This document shows positions 9,021 through 18,911 of a stretch of DNA of 25,666 nucleotides, one piece after another. A model generated the notes under the pieces. That model made no database searches and was not told the DNA's origin. It worked only from the letters and a program-made list of their open reading frames with translations. Every line of letters begins with the position of its first letter. Position 1 is the stretch's first letter. This stretch comes from an uncultured bacterium. Its GTDB lineage: Bacteria; Myxococcota; XYA12-FULL-58-9; JABJBS01. The position numbers were made by a program, and so were the translations under genes. The stretch is from positions 1-25,666 of the forward strand of contig CAXGXL010000001.1 of NCBI GenBank assembly GCA_964013555.1. The letters are read 5' to 3'.

Positions 9021-10253
9021 ATGGTCGAATCTGATAAATATATCACCTATCAAAGCGAGGGCGGCTCTCCCATCAAAGCATGGACTCGGGGGGTTCCTTT
9101 TGACGCCAAGGCCCAAGAACAAGTAAGAAACGTAGCCAATCTGCCTTTCATCCATGGATGGATTGCCGTTATGCCTGATGTTCATTGGGGGATGGGCTCC
9201 ACTATTGGAAGTGTCATTCCAACCGTGGGAGCCATCATCCCGGCAACCGTTGGTGTGGATATAGGGTGTGGGATGATGGCCGCAAAAACCACACTCACGG
9301 CCTCTCAACTCCCCAATAGACTCTGCGATATTCGGCGTGGAATTGAAATGGCTGTGCCTCACGGCCGGTCTAAAGGGGGGCGCAAAGGAGACCGGGGCGC
9401 TTGGCAGAGCATACCCAAGCGAGTTTATAAAACATGGGATACACTCTCGGATCGATTCTCTTCCCTAGTCAATACTCACCCAAAACTCGCCAACGCCAAT
9501 AGCATAACTCATCTGGGCACACTCGGTACAGGAAATCACTTTATCGAGGTTTGTTTGGACGAAAGTGACGCAGTCTGGGTAATGCTGCACACCGGATCAC
9601 GTGGGATCGGCCACCGAATTGGCATGTATTTCATTGAACTCGCCAAAAAAGACATGCTGCAACACAAGAGTAATCTACCCGATGAAAATCTCGCGTATTT
9701 TAGCGAGGGGAGCATGCACTTTGACCAATATGTGGAAGCAATCGGATGGGCCCAGGACTTTGCCCATGCCAACCGCGCCACCATCATGGAATCTGTACTT
9801 AATACATTGCAGCAAGCCCATGAGCTTCCGAAATTCGAAGCGACCCGTATGGTAGTTGATTGTCATCACAATTACGTCAACCGTGAGACTCACTTGAACA
9901 AGGCCGTTTGGGTAACGCGCAAAGGAGCGGTCCGAGCTGGCGCCGGTGAGCTCGGCATTATTCCGGGAAGCATGGGCGCGCAGTCGTACATCGTGCGAGG
10001 CAAGGGCTCCGAAAACAGTTTTCATAGCTGCAGTCATGGTGCGGGGCGAGTGATGTCACGAACCGAAGCAAAGAAACGATTCAGTTTGTCAGACCACCTC
10101 AGAGCGACTAAAGGTATCGAATGCCGCAAAGATACTAACGTCCTTGACGAAACCCCGGGGGCCTATAAAAATATCGATGCAGTAATGAAAGCGCAATCAG
10201 ATCTAGTGGATATCGTCCACACCCTACGACAGGTCATATGCGTTAAAGGTTAA
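9021..10253 (+). CDS. rtcB: RtcB family RNA 3'-phosphate/5'-OH ligase
   Basis: Motifs MPDVH, GVDIGCGM, GTLGTGNHFIE, HTGSRG, HHNY, RKGA, PGSMG, SHGAGR, DETPGAYK and terminal VKG. Confidence 0.97.
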   Translation: MVESDKYITYQSEGGSPIKAWTRGVPFDAKAQEQVRNVANLPFIHGWIAVMPDVHWGMGSTIGSVIPTVGAIIPATVGVDIGCGMMAAKTTLTASQLPNRLCDIRRGIEMAVPHGRSKGGRKGDRGAWQSIPKRVYKTWDTLSDRFSSLVNTHPKLANANSITHLGTLGTGNHFIEVCLDESDAVWVMLHTGSRGIGHRIGMYFIELAKKDMLQHKSNLPDENLAYFSEGSMHFDQYVEAIGWAQDFAHANRATIMESVLNTLQQAHELPKFEATRMVVDCHHNYVNRETHLNKAVWVTRKGAVRAGAGELGIIPGSMGAQSYIVRGKGSENSFHSCSHGAGRVMSRTEAKKRFSLSDHLRATKGIECRKDTNVLDETPGAYKNIDAVMKAQSDLVDIVHTLRQVICVKG

Positions 10254-10644
10254 ATTCCACCCAGGCTTGTATTGCCAATAGATTAATGGGGCAGTGATTT
10301 TCCTAGGCAGTCTGAAATTACCACCGACTGCATCCCCTCCACTTTCTCTACATCCATGAATACCATAAACCCAAGCCCAACCAACCCCGAAGACATCTCA
10401 AGGAACCTCCTCGACAAGTCCATTGCGCCCATTGAGGGCATAGAATAGCCACATTTTGATATCAGCAACCTAGCCTTCAATGGCTTCTGGCAGACTCTCC
10501 ATGTACCCTTAGTTCAAAGGTTCGAGAACAAACGGTTGCACTTGAGTCACAAATTCTCTCTCCCCTGGCTAAGGAAGGCATTGAGGTCCACAAAGTCGAT
10601 TTTTTGAAAGCAGACGAAACATTATAAAACCCTAAAAAAAACGA

Positions 10645-10671
10645 GAAACAACCTTCCCCTACCGCCGATAA
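10645..10671 (+). promoter_or_regulatory. Putative sigma-28 (FliA-like) promoter
   Basis: GAAAC-N14-GCCGATAA: perfect -10 box, with GAAA at the TAAA-N15 position. Ends 104 bp upstream of ATG 10776. Confidence 0.6.
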
Positions 10672-10775
10672 AGACAACGTTAATTGCCGGTTGAAGCTCA
10701 CCCGGTTCCCAAAAATTAGCGAGCCCAAAGCACTAATATTCAATAGTAATAAGAATAATAATAGGACCTGTACCC

Positions 10776-12530
10776 ATGACTAGCATTAAACTAACTCCTA
10801 CAAATGAGAATACCTCTGCGTTCGCGTCGCCGGCAACTCAACCATCTACGTCTCCCGAAAATTCTGGTCAGAATAACGTAAACCAGGCCGATGCGAGTGA
10901 GCTTAGCCAAGGAAGGGTGGCTGCACCGACGACTAACAATGACCCAATTGGTTCCTCTTCTAAATACCTCCTGAACGGCTTGACACTACCTCATACCCAA
11001 GTAGTAACCTCCTCTGACTCGGTAAAGCAGCAAAAGGAAACAGATTTGGATCCCATCTTCCAAAAGCAACGACAAGCTTTGTGCCAACGATATGAAGCAG
11101 CAAAAGAGGGTGCCCCCATCCACTTCGTCTTTTTGCCCACCCGATGCCAAGGACTGCCTCCATCCGAATTGGACACTTTCTATCAAAGTCGTTATCTATG
11201 GGAGTGCGCAAGAGCTGTAACCGAATTCCCCAATGCACGCGTAAGCTATGTCACCAACGATCCGGTCCACCGAGAGAACTTTGCTGAGTTAGTGAAGTAC
11301 CATCCCGACGCCGATAAAATTCTCGCTCGTACAAACTTTGTTGCCATTGGAGGGAACGCGAGCGATGGCATCCAATCAAGCCTACTTCATAGCGAGGAAG
11401 CTCTAGAAACAATTCGTTCACTCGGTAAACCCGAGGAAACAATCATGCGATGCTTCGCCTCTCAACCTGAGCTCTTTTCTATTAGTGAAAAACTGGGCAA
11501 TATCCCAGTAGAAGCCTCCCACTCCCCATTATTAGATGGGTGTGGAACCAAAAGTGGTGGTCGAGAAATCTTCAGTCGAACCACCCTAGATACCATCGAT
11601 GGGGCAAATCATATTCACCACATGGACCAACTCGTCTCGGAAATGAGCAAGCTGTGGCTTAGAAACCCCACTAAAACCAAGTTCATGGTAAAACTCAACG
11701 AGGCTGTCAGTGGGCAAGGCAACGCTATTGTAAGCTTTCCTAAAGATGTAGATCCTGCCTCCTTAAGAGCATCAGAGCGCGCCGATATAGTGCGGAACTT
11801 AGTCACTAAAGTCGATTTTAGAAGTACTGCCGTCAATTCAGCTAACTTTCCGGAAGTTCTTGCGGAACTTGGTTGCGCGATTGAGGTCCGAGCCACGGGC
11901 GATTCCGTTGAAGAAGTCATGGGGCATGCCTTTATTCACCCCAATGGTGAAATCGAATTTCTCGCGCCTACTTTGCACCACGTTTTAAATGGTGCACATC
12001 AAGGCGCTGCTTTTCCGGCCCCCAAAGAATATAGTGATCAAATCCAACAAGCGACCATCAAGGTAGGAGAAGAACTCCGTGAACTAGGAGCCGTTGGCTA
12101 TTATGGACTAGATTACCTAGCCGTAAAAAACGATGGAAAGACTCGCTTTCTTCCATTGGAGATCAACCTGCGCCAAGGCGGCAGCGTACATGGACTCGGA
12201 CTCGCTAAATTGGTAACCGGCGCAAAATACGATCAAGCCACTGCAACGCTACGTACCGAATCTGGAGAATGTGTTCACTACCGATTGAATAATCACATTC
12301 TCGATCAGCATTCCAATCTTTGGAAAAACCGACCCGTCTCAGAGCTTGAAGCTGCCCTCAACAAAAGCGACCTCTTGTACAACGACACTAAAGGCTGTGG
12401 TGTCATTCTGCATCTAAAAGAAGCTCTTCAACCAACTGGCCATATAGGATTCCTCGTTGTGGGACGCAATAATGACGAGGTAGATAGTATCTACCAGCAA
12501 GCTTCCCAGATAATGCAGAACGGCCGTTAA
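10776..12530 (+). CDS. PGM1-related ATP-grasp peptide ligase with disordered N-terminal extension
   Basis: Motifs ARVSYVT, GTKSGGREIF, VKLNEAVSGQGNA, GLDYL, EINLRQGG and GVILHL..IGFLVVG parallel the pre-ATP-grasp, ATP-grasp and PGM1_C regions. AGGA lies upstream of the ATG. Confidence 0.85.
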   Translation: MTSIKLTPTNENTSAFASPATQPSTSPENSGQNNVNQADASELSQGRVAAPTTNNDPIGSSSKYLLNGLTLPHTQVVTSSDSVKQQKETDLDPIFQKQRQALCQRYEAAKEGAPIHFVFLPTRCQGLPPSELDTFYQSRYLWECARAVTEFPNARVSYVTNDPVHRENFAELVKYHPDADKILARTNFVAIGGNASDGIQSSLLHSEEALETIRSLGKPEETIMRCFASQPELFSISEKLGNIPVEASHSPLLDGCGTKSGGREIFSRTTLDTIDGANHIHHMDQLVSEMSKLWLRNPTKTKFMVKLNEAVSGQGNAIVSFPKDVDPASLRASERADIVRNLVTKVDFRSTAVNSANFPEVLAELGCAIEVRATGDSVEEVMGHAFIHPNGEIEFLAPTLHHVLNGAHQGAAFPAPKEYSDQIQQATIKVGEELRELGAVGYYGLDYLAVKNDGKTRFLPLEINLRQGGSVHGLGLAKLVTGAKYDQATATLRTESGECVHYRLNNHILDQHSNLWKNRPVSELEAALNKSDLLYNDTKGCGVILHLKEALQPTGHIGFLVVGRNNDEVDSIYQQASQIMQNGR

Positions 12531-12741
12531 TGTAATTGGGGCTGGCAGTGTCTTCCAAATTTAGCACTAAGATTCTTCGCTAGAAGATTCAGCAACAAAG
12601 CCCTCAACACGGTTATTCGAGAGGGATTTCATCCTCACTTTCATGTTCGATTCCCGGTGCATTTTCCCTGAATCGGACCAATCAGATCTAAACCAAATAG
12701 TTTCTTGGTCCCTTATCCCTTGGATTTAGGGGCCAAGTTAA

Positions 12742-14106
12742 CTATTCGCAGAGTTTCTCTTCGCATTCCTGTATCGTTTTGAACTCCGTTTCATGGGTAA
12801 CTTCCCCGCAAGCACATTCCTCAAACTGCCCCCAAGATACCCGACCAAAGCTTCGTTTCTGACAGCCCACCGCTAACTCACAACTCGATTTTGTAACAAA
12901 GGGAGTCTTATAGTCTACTCGCCCGCAATAGCAATTCGCTCCGGCTCCCCATCCCTTTCTAGCCCACGTCCCAACCAGGGGCGCTGGAGCCGAACACGGT
13001 TCCACATTGCATTCCGTCGATTCTGTCATGGGTCCCACACAGAACTTCCCTCCATCCGCAGGAGCCGGATTGTCACAACGCCTAGACCGTCTTTTCGTTC
13101 CACCTCCACACACCTTCGAGCACCATCCCCAATTTGACCAAGCAGACCAACCACCATCAATTTTTTCCCCTTTTTCACATGGCTCCGGGTTGCATGAAGC
13201 CTCCTCCCTTAAAGGCCCAACACAAGTAATTCGACCGTTTTTCGTAACCGAACTCGCGCAAGTTCGCGTTCGCTCTTTCGTTCCACCGCCGCATTTTTTT
13301 GAACACCCACTCCATCTAGACCAAGGAGACCAAGCAGCCTTCGTTACTTTTTGAGAAACACAAGGCTTCGTATTGCACGGTGATTCTTGTGATGAAATTC
13401 CAATACAATCGCGTCCCCCATTCTCCGGAGCCGGGCTTACACAACTTCGTGTCCGCCTTTTTGTTCCACCACCGCAACCTTTGGTACACGAGCTCCATTT
13501 TGACCAAGCAGACCAGCCACCGTCTACGACCTTTTCTAATGGCGTTCGCCACTCACATACCCCCTTTAGTTCCTCCATTTGACACGCTTGTTTGCTCCCC
13601 ACTTTGCACCTCTCAGAGTTGGTCTTCGTCGGCACTTTCTCTTGACACTTCCCAAGAAAATCACAACCAGAATCCTCAGCGCAACGGCCACGACTAATGG
13701 GTTCTTCCGAAAGGAGACACTCTGAAGACTCTATTTCCAACGAACCACGTTGACATAACACATCGCGTATATGAGTACTCTCGCCACACTCGCCCTCACA
13801 CATTCTCCATGCCGAAAACGACCATTGGCCACAGTTTTCCCCCACGCAGGGCCGGTTGGTCGCTGGTTTCTTCGCCGAACACAGAGAATCTTCCACCACC
13901 GCATGAGACTTTAATTCCTGACACGAAACCCTTCTTAACTGAGTTCCGTTATTGCACTGAACTGAGCATTCACCGTATTCACCTATTTCCCATCCATGTG
14001 TTTTGCGCTCACTGCAACTCTGGTTAAGCAACACAACGAACACGCATAGGAGGTAAGCAAAAAAAGCTAGTATGGTCCGTCTAGCCTTCTTATTGCACCC
14101 CATCAT
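12742..14106 (-). CDS. Exported, possibly lipid-anchored, thrombospondin type 1 (TSP1) repeat protein
   Basis: Basic plus hydrophobic N-terminus ending NQSC31, two ADAMTS-type TSRs, three classical TSRs (DGGWSxWSxWxxCxxxCGGGxxxRxRxC) and 45 Cys. GGAG spacing may favour the second ATG at 14103. Confidence 0.9.
   Translation of the reverse strand: MMGCNKKARRTILAFFAYLLCVFVVLLNQSCSERKTHGWEIGEYGECSVQCNNGTQLRRVSCQELKSHAVVEDSLCSAKKPATNRPCVGENCGQWSFSAWRMCEGECGESTHIRDVLCQRGSLEIESSECLLSEEPISRGRCAEDSGCDFLGKCQEKVPTKTNSERCKVGSKQACQMEELKGVCEWRTPLEKVVDGGWSAWSKWSSCTKGCGGGTKRRTRSCVSPAPENGGRDCIGISSQESPCNTKPCVSQKVTKAAWSPWSRWSGCSKKCGGGTKERTRTCASSVTKNGRITCVGPLREEASCNPEPCEKGEKIDGGWSAWSNWGWCSKVCGGGTKRRSRRCDNPAPADGGKFCVGPMTESTECNVEPCSAPAPLVGTWARKGWGAGANCYCGRVDYKTPFVTKSSCELAVGCQKRSFGRVSWGQFEECACGEVTHETEFKTIQECEEKLCE
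12994..13527 (-). repeat. Three tandem intragenic TSR-encoding units with a 183-bp period
   Basis: The first Trp of each unit is at aa 198, 259 and 320 (61-aa period). DNA similarity is visible: tttgaccaagcagacca near 13135 and 13500, and gttccacc near 13097, 13280 and 13463. Confidence 0.85.
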
Positions 14107-14580
14107 TCACTCCCCCCGCTCTTACAGCTTAAAACAGAAACGCCTTCCCAGAAGGGTCAAAAAAATTATACGATCCGGCGGCACGTCCAAGCTAGTCATC
14201 TCTTTAGGCGAACCTAAACCTACGATTAATTCCAGATCGTAACTACTCCTAAAAACAGTGACCTCTAGCCAATCCAAGAGCTATCCCACCACATTGGCAT
14301 ACGTTGAACCACCACCACTTACATCAACAATTACTGAATAACGTTAAGCGCTTAGAGAAAAGCATCTCCACCTCTGAATACGAAGGCAAAAAGGAAACCG
14401 TACTCCAACTCACTCCTCGCGATTTTACCTCGCCATTCCAACCAAACTTAGAAATTCGAACTCTAATCGAAACTATCGGTTCATGATCCTATTTGCAGAG
14501 TAGTTAGGCAATAAATGAAGTGAGCCACGTTCTCTTCTCACCACAAATGAGGGCAGTCGATACCTCGAATCGTAGGTCTC

Positions 14581-17500
14581 TCACACCATCTCGGTTTCCT
14601 TAACACCACCGAATGACCTAAGATCTTCAACGATCAGGTACAAAGCGGGAACAATGAGCAAAACAATAAAAGTAGCAAAAAGAACTCCAAAGCCCAAAGA
14701 AACCGCCATAGGAATTAGAAATCGCGCCTGCATCGAGCTCTCAAGAATCATCGGTGCCAAACCAAAAAAGGTCGTAAGCGAGGTCAAAACAATGGGGCGA
14801 AGCCGCCTCATCCCCCCCCAAACCACTGCGCCGTAAGTGTCAACGCCCCGCTGGCGAGCGGCATTGACGGCATGTATCAAAACGAGCGAATCGTTTACAA
14901 CGACGCCGCTCAAAGCAATAACGCCAAACATGCTTATAATCGATAAACTATATCCCATCACTAGATGCCCGATAATCGCTCCAACCATCCCGAACGGAAT
15001 TGCCGACATTATGATTAAGGGTTGTACATAACTTCCGAAAGGAATTGCCAAAAGCGCAAAGATAACAAAGAGCGCCAAAATATAGTTCGGTCCCAAGCTA
15101 GAAAGACTCTCCGAGCGATCACGTTGAGAACCCGTAAACTCCAGCTCCAGCGACGGGTATTTCGCCCGAAGTTCGGGAAAAACAGTCGCCTGAATATCCG
15201 CCAGAACCTGACGAGACGACTTTACCCCTGCAGCCAGCTCACCTTTAACATTAACGATTCGCTTTGCGTCCTCCCGGCGGATGTCGGTCGCAGCCCGGCC
15301 ACGGTCAAACTTCGCGACTGAACCCAGAGGAAGCAAACTCCCCGTTGGGGTTCGAATGGGAAGACGCTCGAGATCATACTCCGAACTTCTTTGCTCCTCT
15401 GGCAAACGAACCACGACTTTCACCTCATCCCTACCGCGCTGTTCACGCAACGCCTCAGCCCCAAAAAACGCCGACCGCATTTGTCGAGCAACAGACTCTG
15501 CAGTCAACCCAACAGTGCGGGCCAAAGGCAACAGATGAAAATTCAACTGCGGCTTGCCGGCGGCGTAGGTGTTTTCCACGTTCTTTAATTCTTTGTACTC
15601 CAAAAGAACGCTGGCTACTTCATCCGACGCCCTTGCCAGTACATCGGTATCGCGATGAGTCAATTGAACGTTGACCGCAGCCCCTGCTCCAGGCCCAGCA
15701 GAGCTATCGAATGTAAGAGCCTGAACACCAGGAAGTGTCGGGGTATTTTTCGCCCATAAATTTGAAAGCTCCACCGCTGAGATATCGCGTTCTTCACTGG
15801 GAACCAGATTGATTTCAATACTCACCAAATGGCTCCCTGATTCAGATCGGCCCCGGCCCGTGCGCATATTGCCCACTGTGGTATAGACCCCTCGAACAAT
15901 TCCGTCTTGCCCAAGGTTGTCGACAGTTTTTTGCCAAGACTTCTCTAACTCCCGACGGACTTCCTCTGTCCTCTCTAAGGAAACACCATAAGGAAGCCGA
16001 GCAGCTGCCCTGATTTCATTTCCCTCAAGCTTTGGAAAAAAGTTGAAAGGCAATAGACCGCTAGAAACCGCACCGAGACTCACAATAAGACAAGCAAAGG
16101 CAATGGAAAGAGCAAAATATCGACGATTTAAGACAGCCTTTAAGCACCGCTGATACGTAGTTCGGGTAAAGTTGTCCAACCAGCCGCTGGCTTTATTATG
16201 AACGGACTCGAGAGGCGAAAGCCATCTTGGTGTTTTGCGGCCAGCATGCGCTAGGTGAGCTGGCAAAATCCAAAATGATTCAATCAGGGAGAAGAGTAAG
16301 ACCGCAACGACAATCGAAGGAATAAAACGAAAAATTTTCCCAGTAAAACCCGGAACAAAAAAAAGGGGAGCAAAAGCAGCAACCGTAGTTAGGATGGAGA
16401 AAGTTACTGGCTTAGCCATCTCGCGGGCACCAGCAATAGCGGCATCCATTCTAGACTGTCCCTTCTTCATATGAATCTGTATGCTCTCACCAACCACAAT
16501 CGCATCATCCACCACCATCCCTAAGGTCACTATAAATGCAAAAAGAGTAACCATATTAATCGAAATATCAAACCCTGGCATCAAGACGAATGCCCCCATA
16601 AACGAAATGGGGATTCCCAATGCCACCCAACCGGCAAGAGAGAGGTCCAGAAAAAGCGTCAGTATAATCAAAACTAAAATCAATCCAGTTACCGCATTAC
16701 GCATAAGTAAATCGATTCGAGCCTCGAGCATTTCAGAGCTATCTTTGAGAACCGTGACTTTTACAGTATCAGGTAAGTCCTTTTTGAACTTTTCAATATA
16801 GGACTTTACCGCATCGGCGATGGCAGTAGGTGTTTCGTCACCGATTCGATAAGAAACCACGCGAACCGCCGGCTCACCGTTAAAATAGGTTTCCTGATCA
16901 GTGTCCGCATATCCATCTTTGACAGTCGCGATATCTCCAAGCCTTACTGTATAGCCTTTATCCGTGCCTCGAATGAGAATTTCTTCGAACTCACTTCCCC
17001 GCTTCCGGCGATCCGCCACCCTCAACAAGAACTCCCCCGAAGCCGCATCAATTCCCCCTCCGGGAAGCTCAACGGAAGCCTCCCGTATCTGTCGAGCAAC
17101 ATCTCTAAGATGAAGGCCATAGGACTCCAGGCTTTCCCTCGATATCTCGACAGCCACTTCCAGCGGTCTAACTCCATCAATTTCGACCAGGGTTACCGAC
17201 TTCGTATCTATAATTCCAGCGCGGGCTTTTTCCGCTAAGTGATGTAAAGTGTCAGGAGGTAGATCTCCAGATATCACCATGGAAATCACCTCTCTCCGAC
17301 CCGAAAGCAAAGAAACTCTTGGTCGCTCCACATCCCGAGGCATCGACACAATCCTATCCACAGCATTCTTCACATCAGCTAGCACCTTATCGGGTTCCTC
17401 GCCCACCAGAAGGGAGATATTTACAGTCCCCACCCCTTCAAGTGCGTAGGAAGTTACCCGCTTGACACCGTCCAATCCACGCACCGCTTCTTCGGTCACT

Positions 17501-17712
17501 AGTAAAATACCTTGCTCCACTTCGGCCGGACTCGCTCCCGGATAGGGAACGGTTACCTGTACAACATCGGTTTCAAATGCAGGAAAAACCTCTTGCTTGG
17601 TTTGGAAAGCCCCGAACACCCCTCCAAGAAGAATCACACACATCAAAAGATTTGCGGCAACTGGACTACGAGCCATCCACGCGATAACTCCTCGCTTGCT
17701 TGATTGCGACAT
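14581..17712 (-). CDS. RND efflux transporter permease (AcrB/AcrD/AcrF family)
   Basis: 1043 aa with motifs GMVVDDAIVVGE, GVVVND and RLRPIVLTSLTT, two TM clusters and large periplasmic loops. Confidence 0.96.
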   Translation of the reverse strand: MSQSSKRGVIAWMARSPVAANLLMCVILLGGVFGAFQTKQEVFPAFETDVVQVTVPYPGASPAEVEQGILLVTEEAVRGLDGVKRVTSYALEGVGTVNISLLVGEEPDKVLADVKNAVDRIVSMPRDVERPRVSLLSGRREVISMVISGDLPPDTLHHLAEKARAGIIDTKSVTLVEIDGVRPLEVAVEISRESLESYGLHLRDVARQIREASVELPGGGIDAASGEFLLRVADRRKRGSEFEEILIRGTDKGYTVRLGDIATVKDGYADTDQETYFNGEPAVRVVSYRIGDETPTAIADAVKSYIEKFKKDLPDTVKVTVLKDSSEMLEARIDLLMRNAVTGLILVLIILTLFLDLSLAGWVALGIPISFMGAFVLMPGFDISINMVTLFAFIVTLGMVVDDAIVVGESIQIHMKKGQSRMDAAIAGAREMAKPVTFSILTTVAAFAPLFFVPGFTGKIFRFIPSIVVAVLLFSLIESFWILPAHLAHAGRKTPRWLSPLESVHNKASGWLDNFTRTTYQRCLKAVLNRRYFALSIAFACLIVSLGAVSSGLLPFNFFPKLEGNEIRAAARLPYGVSLERTEEVRRELEKSWQKTVDNLGQDGIVRGVYTTVGNMRTGRGRSESGSHLVSIEINLVPSEERDISAVELSNLWAKNTPTLPGVQALTFDSSAGPGAGAAVNVQLTHRDTDVLARASDEVASVLLEYKELKNVENTYAAGKPQLNFHLLPLARTVGLTAESVARQMRSAFFGAEALREQRGRDEVKVVVRLPEEQRSSEYDLERLPIRTPTGSLLPLGSVAKFDRGRAATDIRREDAKRIVNVKGELAAGVKSSRQVLADIQATVFPELRAKYPSLELEFTGSQRDRSESLSSLGPNYILALFVIFALLAIPFGSYVQPLIIMSAIPFGMVGAIIGHLVMGYSLSIISMFGVIALSGVVVNDSLVLIHAVNAARQRGVDTYGAVVWGGMRRLRPIVLTSLTTFFGLAPMILESSMQARFLIPMAVSLGFGVLFATFIVLLIVPALYLIVEDLRSFGGVKETEMV

Positions 17713-17715
17713 TGG

Positions 17716-18909
17716 CTATTCCTCGCGACTTTCTAATCCAACTTCACTAACCCTACCGCCTGATTCCTGGTGCACATCTCGCACCCGAACTCGCATCCCC
17801 TCAATAGGAAGCGACAAAGAACTCACCAAGATACGGTGACCTCTTTCAACCCCTGCATCGACAAAAACCGATTCTTCCGTGGTCCATAGAGGTTCAACCT
17901 CTAAGCGTTTAAGTTTGTTATCCTCCACTAGCCAAACAATATTCCCATCTCGTAGAGCGGAACGAGGTAATTTCAACGAATTCTCAACGAGGTTTCCCTC
18001 AATCTGAACCGAAACAAATGCCCCTGCCAATAAAGGTACCCCACTATGCAAATCCATAGGACGTTCAACGGCAACCAAGACCTGTGCCCGTCTGGTCTGT
18101 GCATTCAATTGAGTTACGACTCTCAAGACGCGTCCCTTGCGTTGGGTTGTTCGGCCTTGCCCCAAATTGTGGGTAATCGTTACTACAGAAGGCTCTCCAT
18201 CCGCCTCAGTTTTAATCCATCGCAATGAAGACACCGGAACAGCCACAGTAACCCAAAACTCTTCGGTACCCATAAGGCGCGCAACTTTCGTGCCCGGCCC
18301 AACAAGCTGACCTACATCCACCGCTTCATTAACCACGGCCGCATCAAATGGAGCTACAAGTCTTGTTCTCTCCAGACTCAGTTTCGCCCGTTCGACTCCA
18401 CTTGCAGCTGCTCTCACTTTAAAGGCCGCCACCGCAAGCTGGGGTTTTCGAAGTGCCAACTCAACAGAATCCACATTTCTCCCGGTACCCAAAATCTCCC
18501 ATTCTTTTTTTGCGATTCCCTGACGTGCTTTTTCCCTCTCAAACTCAAGTTCCGCAGCTCGCAATTTGCTCTCTTCTTGTTGTAAAATAATATTGAAGTC
18601 TCTCGCATCGATGCGGGCAATGGTCTCCCCCATTGCAAAGCGGCCGCCTGGCATTAACTTCTCTGATATCCAAACAATGCTTCCGGTAATTTGTGGAATC
18701 AATTCGATCTGCTTACCAGGCACAACAATGCCTGTAGCAGAAACGAATGCCTTCCACGGGCCATCCGCAACTTCATAAACATCAACCGCTACCTCAAGAT
18801 CCTTTCCCTTTGAACGCTTCGCTTTCGGTCGCAACATTGTCATGGCAACAACTATGACAATTGCCAAAACGAGAACACCAGCAATTGGGACAATTCGCCT
18901 TAAGCTCAT
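17716..18909 (-). CDS. RND periplasmic adaptor (membrane fusion protein)
   Basis: N-terminal TM anchor, lipoyl-like PQITGSIV..GGRF and APFDAAV..VDVGQLV motifs flanking a coiled coil. Lies 3 bp from the permease. Confidence 0.93.
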   Translation of the reverse strand: MSLRRIVPIAGVLVLAIVIVVAMTMLRPKAKRSKGKDLEVAVDVYEVADGPWKAFVSATGIVVPGKQIELIPQITGSIVWISEKLMPGGRFAMGETIARIDARDFNIILQQEESKLRAAELEFEREKARQGIAKKEWEILGTGRNVDSVELALRKPQLAVAAFKVRAAASGVERAKLSLERTRLVAPFDAAVVNEAVDVGQLVGPGTKVARLMGTEEFWVTVAVPVSSLRWIKTEADGEPSVVTITHNLGQGRTTQRKGRVLRVVTQLNAQTRRAQVLVAVERPMDLHSGVPLLAGAFVSVQIEGNLVENSLKLPRSALRDGNIVWLVEDNKLKRLEVEPLWTTEESVFVDAGVERGHRILVSSLSLPIEGMRVRVRDVHQESGGRVSEVGLESREE

Positions 18910-18911
18910 GG

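Noticed and set aside
10356-10448. 30-codon ORF MNTINPSPTNPEDISRNLLDKSIAPIEGIE as a precursor peptide for the PGM1-like ligase
   Set aside because: No RBS, it lies upstream of the putative promoter, and it has no recognisable leader/core pattern.
12645-12655. GTTCGATTCCC resembling a tRNA T-loop
   Set aside because: The flanks (TCATG / CCCGG) do not form the 5-bp T-stem, and there is no acceptor or anticodon arm.
14473-14480. ACCGATAG on the minus strand as a sigma-28 site for the TSP1 gene
   Set aside because: Only 6/8, about 370 bp upstream, and with no matching -35 element.
14304-14486. 60-aa + strand ORF between the TSP1 gene and the RND permease
   Set aside because: TTG start with no RBS, no motif and short length; unsupported.
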